Positions 60,423 through 64,000 of a DNA stretch of 64,000 nt are shown here, piece after piece. The DNA is taken from the NCBI GenBank assembly GCA_947448415.1, contig CANFMT010000002.1, forward strand, positions 62,698 to 126,697, read 5' to 3'. This stretch comes from Burkholderiaceae bacterium. Its GTDB lineage: Bacteria; Pseudomonadota; Gammaproteobacteria; Burkholderiales; Burkholderiaceae. Position numbers and translations under genes: made by a program. Positions within the stretch are counted from its first letter, which is position 1, and each line of letters starts with the position of its first letter. Below the pieces are notes generated by a model, which saw only the letters and a program-made list of their open reading frames with translations, had not been told where the DNA came from and searched no databases.

Positions 60423-61880
60423 GTGTCAGACAATTCGCCGGGTGGAAAACCTATTCCAATAGAAGTTATAGAGGAGTCTCTTTATGAGGTCCGGCGAAAG
60501 ATTTACCCACGCTCAGTATCAGGACTCTTTGCACGTTGGCGTTTAATTCTGGTATTTGCTACCCAACTTTTATTCTATGGCTTGCCATGGGTGAGTTGGA
60601 ATGGTCGTCAAGCTGTTCTCTTTGATTTAATTCAGCGTAAGTTTTATATCTTTGGCCTGGTGCTATGGCCGCAAGACGTAATCTATCTCACGCTTTTATT
60701 AATTCTTTCCGCTTTAGCTTTATTTCTCTTTACTGCTGTTGCGGGGCGTCTATTTTGCGGCTATGCCTGTCCGCAAACGGTCTATACCGAAATCTTTATG
60801 TGGATCGAGCGCAAGGTGGAGGGCGATCGCTTTGCACGAATTCGTCTAGATGGGGAAGAGTGGCCTTGGAGTATTCGTAAGTGGCGTCTTAAGATTACTA
60901 AGCACTTCCTATGGCTGCTGATCGCCTTCTGGACGGGCTTTACTTTCATTGGTTATTTCACACCGATCACGACTTTAGGATCAGCTCTGATTCATTTGTC
61001 ACTTGGACCATGGCAGACATTCTGGTTGTGCTTCTATAGCTTTGCTACTTGGGGTAATGCAGGCTTTATGCGTGAGCAGGTTTGCAAATATATGTGCCCA
61101 TATGCCCGCTTCCAAAGTGTGATGGTGGATAAAGATACTTTTTTGGTGACTTACGACAAAGTGCGCGGAGAACCAAGAGGTAGTCGCAGTAAATCTGCTG
61201 ATCACGCTTCATTAGGTTTGGGCGACTGTGTTGATTGCAGCATTTGTGTGCAGGTTTGTCCTACGGGTATTGATATCCGTGATGGTATGCAATATATGTG
61301 TATTGGTTGCGGTGCCTGTATTGATGCTTGCGATCAAGTAATGGAGAAAGTGGATTATCCAAAAGGGTTAATTCGCTACACCACTGAACGTGCAATTGAA
61401 GATCAAGAATCTAATCAAAGTGCCATTCGACATATTCTGCGTCCACGAGTATTAATTTACACAGCATTTATCACGGTGTTGGCTTCTGCATTCTTGGTTT
61501 CTTTAGTAACACGCAATCCTTTGCGTGTCGACGTGATGCGCGATCGTGGCGCCCTAGCGCGTGAGGTGGATGGCGTTCGAATTGAAAACATCTACCGTAT
61601 TCAGATCATGAATGCCTCAGAGAATAAGATGAAGGTACAGGTTGTGGCTACTGGTTTAGAGGGTCTAAGAGTTTTAAACTCTCAAGGACAGGTGGTATCT
61701 GATATTGAGGTTGGCCCCGCAAGCAACTTGCTCATACCAATTAAAGTGAGTACTGCAACCGGTGTTAATGAACCAGGTAACTACCCCATTCATTTTGATG
61801 TAGTTGCTCAAGAACTTTCTGGAAATGATCTTATCACCAGAAAGCGTGATGAAAAATCTAGCTTTATTATTCCCCGCTAA
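60423..61880 (+). CDS. ccoG: Cytochrome c oxidase accessory protein CcoG/FixG
   Basis: CGYACPQT, CKYMCPY, CVDCSICVQVCP, CIGCGACIDAC. Confidence 0.96.
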   Translation: MSDNSPGGKPIPIEVIEESLYEVRRKIYPRSVSGLFARWRLILVFATQLLFYGLPWVSWNGRQAVLFDLIQRKFYIFGLVLWPQDVIYLTLLLILSALALFLFTAVAGRLFCGYACPQTVYTEIFMWIERKVEGDRFARIRLDGEEWPWSIRKWRLKITKHFLWLLIAFWTGFTFIGYFTPITTLGSALIHLSLGPWQTFWLCFYSFATWGNAGFMREQVCKYMCPYARFQSVMVDKDTFLVTYDKVRGEPRGSRSKSADHASLGLGDCVDCSICVQVCPTGIDIRDGMQYMCIGCGACIDACDQVMEKVDYPKGLIRYTTERAIEDQESNQSAIRHILRPRVLIYTAFITVLASAFLVSLVTRNPLRVDVMRDRGALAREVDGVRIENIYRIQIMNASENKMKVQVVATGLEGLRVLNSQGQVVSDIEVGPASNLLIPIKVSTATGVNEPGNYPIHFDVVAQELSGNDLITRKRDEKSSFIIPR

Positions 61881-61910
61881 GCTGTCTAGCAAAAGATGGA
61901 GAGGATGAGT

Positions 61911-62114
61911 ATGTCAGAACAACAATTAAATAAACCTTGGTTTAAGCAGCTTTGGCCATGGCTATTAATTAGTGGTCCTGCAATTGCAATGATTGGCTGC
62001 ATGATTACTATTTATCTGGCGATCAATCTTCATGCTGATAAGCCATTACGCGATGGTGTTATGAAGCAAGGTTTAAAGGTAGAGCAACTGAAAGATACGC
62101 AGGCCAACAAATGA
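61911..62114 (+). CDS. ccoH: Short FixH/CcoH-family protein
   Basis: PWFKQLWPWLLISGP FixH N-terminal motif. Follows ccoG. Confidence 0.75.
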   Translation: MSEQQLNKPWFKQLWPWLLISGPAIAMIGCMITIYLAINLHADKPLRDGVMKQGLKVEQLKDTQANK

Positions 62115-62371
62115 AATATCGCCTACTCATTTGGATCTTGTGGCCTTCATTTTTAGTGGCTGGTATGGCTGAAGGGCTGCTATTTACCGTGATTCATCCA
62201 CAAGACTTGCTATTTTTTGGACATCACCCAGAGATTTCTGATGAGGGGATTTACACCATTGGCTTTTTTGTAATCTGGATATTCTGCGCAGCCTCTAGTG
62301 CTTTAACTGCTTACATTCTTCCTGGTATTGAGTCGCCGGACAGCAAAGAGGTCGATCGCAGCTTACTTTAA
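62111..62371 (+). CDS. Small 2-TM membrane protein of the cco cluster
   Basis: ILWPSFLVAG..E...F...P.DL, YTIGFF..W. ATGA overlap with ccoH. Confidence 0.75.
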   Translation: MKYRLLIWILWPSFLVAGMAEGLLFTVIHPQDLLFFGHHPEISDEGIYTIGFFVIWIFCAASSALTAYILPGIESPDSKEVDRSLL

Positions 62372-63138
62372 GCGTGCTTTAGAGGGACATCAGTGCTGAC
62401 GCAATGCGTTCTATCGGGATTTGGAATGCCCGCTAACTCATAGAGTCCATTCATATCAATTAGCTTGATATGACGTTGCTTAATTTGAATGAGGCCGGAT
62501 TCTGCAAAGCGCGAAAGCATACGGCTAACCGTTTCAATCTGAATACCTAAGTAGCTGCCAATCTCGACGCGACTCATACGTAAATCAAATTCATTATTCA
62601 GATAGCCTCGTGCCGCTAGTCGCTGTGAAAGACTGAGCAAGAAAGCAGCTAATCTCTCCTCTGCTCGCATGGTGCCAAGTGATAGTAGGTGGCGCTGATC
62701 TTGTGTCAGCTCACGGCTCATGATCTTATGAAATTGATTTTGAAGCACCGGTATTTGGCGCGCTAAATCTTCAAAGGCTTCGTAGCGAATGATGCAGACT
62801 TCACTTTCTTCTAGTGCAATGGCATCTGATTGATAGTGGCCATCGCCAATACCATCAAGCCCTAGAATTTCTCCCGGCAGATGAAAGCCAATGACTTGTT
62901 GACGACCGTCTTGGAGGCAGTACTCAGTTTTTAGCGTTCCAAAACGAACACTGTATACAGAGCTTAAGAGGTCACCATGGCGATAAAGACTTTCACCTTT
63001 TTGGAGGTGGACACGCTCTTTGACCAGCGAATCGACTTTGGAAACATCGCTGCTACTGAGACCCACCGGAAGGCAAAACTGGCCCAGTACACAAACTGAA
63101 CATTTGCTGCTTGGGCTATCGGTTGGTTTGTAATTCAT
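62368..63138 (-). CDS. fnr: FNR-type oxygen-sensing regulator
   Basis: N-terminal CSVC.....C plus VC Fe-S ligands, ERLAAFL, HTH ETVSR. Confidence 0.95.
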   Translation of the reverse strand: MNYKPTDSPSSKCSVCVLGQFCLPVGLSSSDVSKVDSLVKERVHLQKGESLYRHGDLLSSVYSVRFGTLKTEYCLQDGRQQVIGFHLPGEILGLDGIGDGHYQSDAIALEESEVCIIRYEAFEDLARQIPVLQNQFHKIMSRELTQDQRHLLSLGTMRAEERLAAFLLSLSQRLAARGYLNNEFDLRMSRVEIGSYLGIQIETVSRMLSRFAESGLIQIKQRHIKLIDMNGLYELAGIPNPDRTHCVSTDVPLKHA

Positions 63139-63214
63139 CTTGTACCTAATTATGCAGTCAGTTTATTCTATAAGGGTGATGAATCTTCATTTTTATAGTC
63201 CAATTCAATAGTAG

Positions 63215-63934
63215 ATGCTAACTTCTAGCCTCCTTTTAGCTGTTTTTCTAGGCGCCTTAGTGAGTGGTTGGCATTGCGCTCTTATGTGTGGCGGCATAGC
63301 TGCTGCAATTGAGCGGCCAATTGCCCTAGAAAACCCTCTTAGAAGCAAATCTGAGCTTTTCTACCTGCAGCTAATCATGCATATGGGGCGTGTGTTTACC
63401 TACGTGCTATTGGGCGCCTTGGCGGCTTGGATAGGGGTGGTGGTCTGGCAGCAAAACATCATCCCGATTCAGCGACCCTTGTTTGCTTTTACTTCCCTCA
63501 TCTTAATTCTGATGGGTGTTCGACTTTTAAGACTTGGTAAATCTAGCGGTCCAATTGGAAGCAGATGGCTTGGCAGTAAAATTGCAGGCTACTGGGCAAA
63601 GTATCTTGGCCGTATTGCTAGCGGACCATCTCGTTGGTTTAGTGGGATGCTCTGGGGTTTAGTGCCATGCGGTTTGGTTTATAGCGTCTTACCGTTGGCA
63701 TTTTTGTCGGGCGATGTATTGACTGGGGCTTCGTTGATGCTCGCTTTTGGTTTGGGAACACTGCCAAATTTATTGCTGATTTCTAAATTTTCTGCGACGC
63801 TGACACAATTCGGTCAGTATGTATGGGTAAGATATCTAGCGGCATCACTTTTATTTAGCGCAGGTGGTTTTGGTTTGTATCGCGCCTGGGTTTTGCCTGA
63901 GGCCTTATTAAAAGGCGGGTTCTGTATTTCCTAA
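63215..63934 (+). CDS. DsbD_2/TauE-like membrane protein associated with cbb3 loci
   Basis: HCALMCGG, GR...Y..LG, PCGLVY, FGLGTLP. Confidence 0.85.
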   Translation: MLTSSLLLAVFLGALVSGWHCALMCGGIAAAIERPIALENPLRSKSELFYLQLIMHMGRVFTYVLLGALAAWIGVVVWQQNIIPIQRPLFAFTSLILILMGVRLLRLGKSSGPIGSRWLGSKIAGYWAKYLGRIASGPSRWFSGMLWGLVPCGLVYSVLPLAFLSGDVLTGASLMLAFGLGTLPNLLLISKFSATLTQFGQYVWVRYLAASLLFSAGGFGLYRAWVLPEALLKGGFCIS

Positions 63935-63936
63935 AT

Positions 63937-63999
63937 TTAGGAATGAGTTGCAGCTTTGATTCCAGAGCTAAGGTCTGGATAAAGGCAATCATCAGTCAG
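63937..63999 (-). CDS. 3' end of a gene running off the window (unidentified)
   Basis: Open minus-strand frame LTDDCLYPDLSSGIKAATHS* ending just after the preceding gene. Confidence 0.35.
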   Translation of the reverse strand: MTDDCLYPDLSSGIKAATHS

Positions 64000-64000
64000 A

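Noticed and set aside
682-61892. Many 60-165 aa ORFs in the six-frame track lying antisense or out of frame within longer genes (e.g. 1045-1377, 20044-20627, 43566-43886, 50851-51345)
   Set aside because: They are shadows of well-supported genes and carry no recognisable motifs.
61911-62114. Short ccoH as a truncated pseudogene
   Set aside because: It has a clean ATGA coupling to the next gene and no downstream remnant. It is more likely a natural short form.
1-64000. CRISPR arrays, tRNA/rRNA, IS elements, integrases, prophage or defence genes
   Set aside because: I saw no spaced repeat arrays, RNA-gene signatures or mobile/defence protein motifs on reading. A covariance-model search was not possible.

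Overview
This is a gene-dense chromosomal window from a Burkholderiales betaproteobacterium, most likely Polynucleobacter. That assignment is inferred from seven orphan Bug/TctC receptors, AT-rich codon usage, tight gene packing and the cco-fnr gene order. Left to right it contains: (1) an uncharacterised catabolic operon (TarD-like enolase, intradiol dioxygenase, SDR, MDR, cupin, Bugs); (2) tcuR-tcuAB with a Bug receptor instead of TcuC; (3) a ~13-32 kb accessory envelope region with four outer-membrane beta-barrel proteins, a 2-TM channel with a non-canonical filter, split pqiA-pqiBC, a DUF1622 gene with an in-frame TGA, ahpCF, two exported amidohydrolases, a small unannotated ORF, an exported Ntn hydrolase and a YSC84 lipoprotein; (4) stress and housekeeping genes (phasin, HDAC, sodC, qor, WrbA-like); (5) a full System I ccmA-I operon; (6) a TAXI/Bug/2OG-Fe(II) oxygenase/split-AtuA cluster; (7) an MFS-ccoIS-ccoNOQPGH-fnr locus with a perfect FNR box. 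I found no rRNA, tRNA, CRISPR array or transposase. The best candidate for an undescribed system is the barrel plus periplasmic amide-hydrolase module at 22.4-31.7 kb, together with its paralogue-linked block at 13.2-19.9 kb. Family calls come from motif recognition only; no database searches were run.
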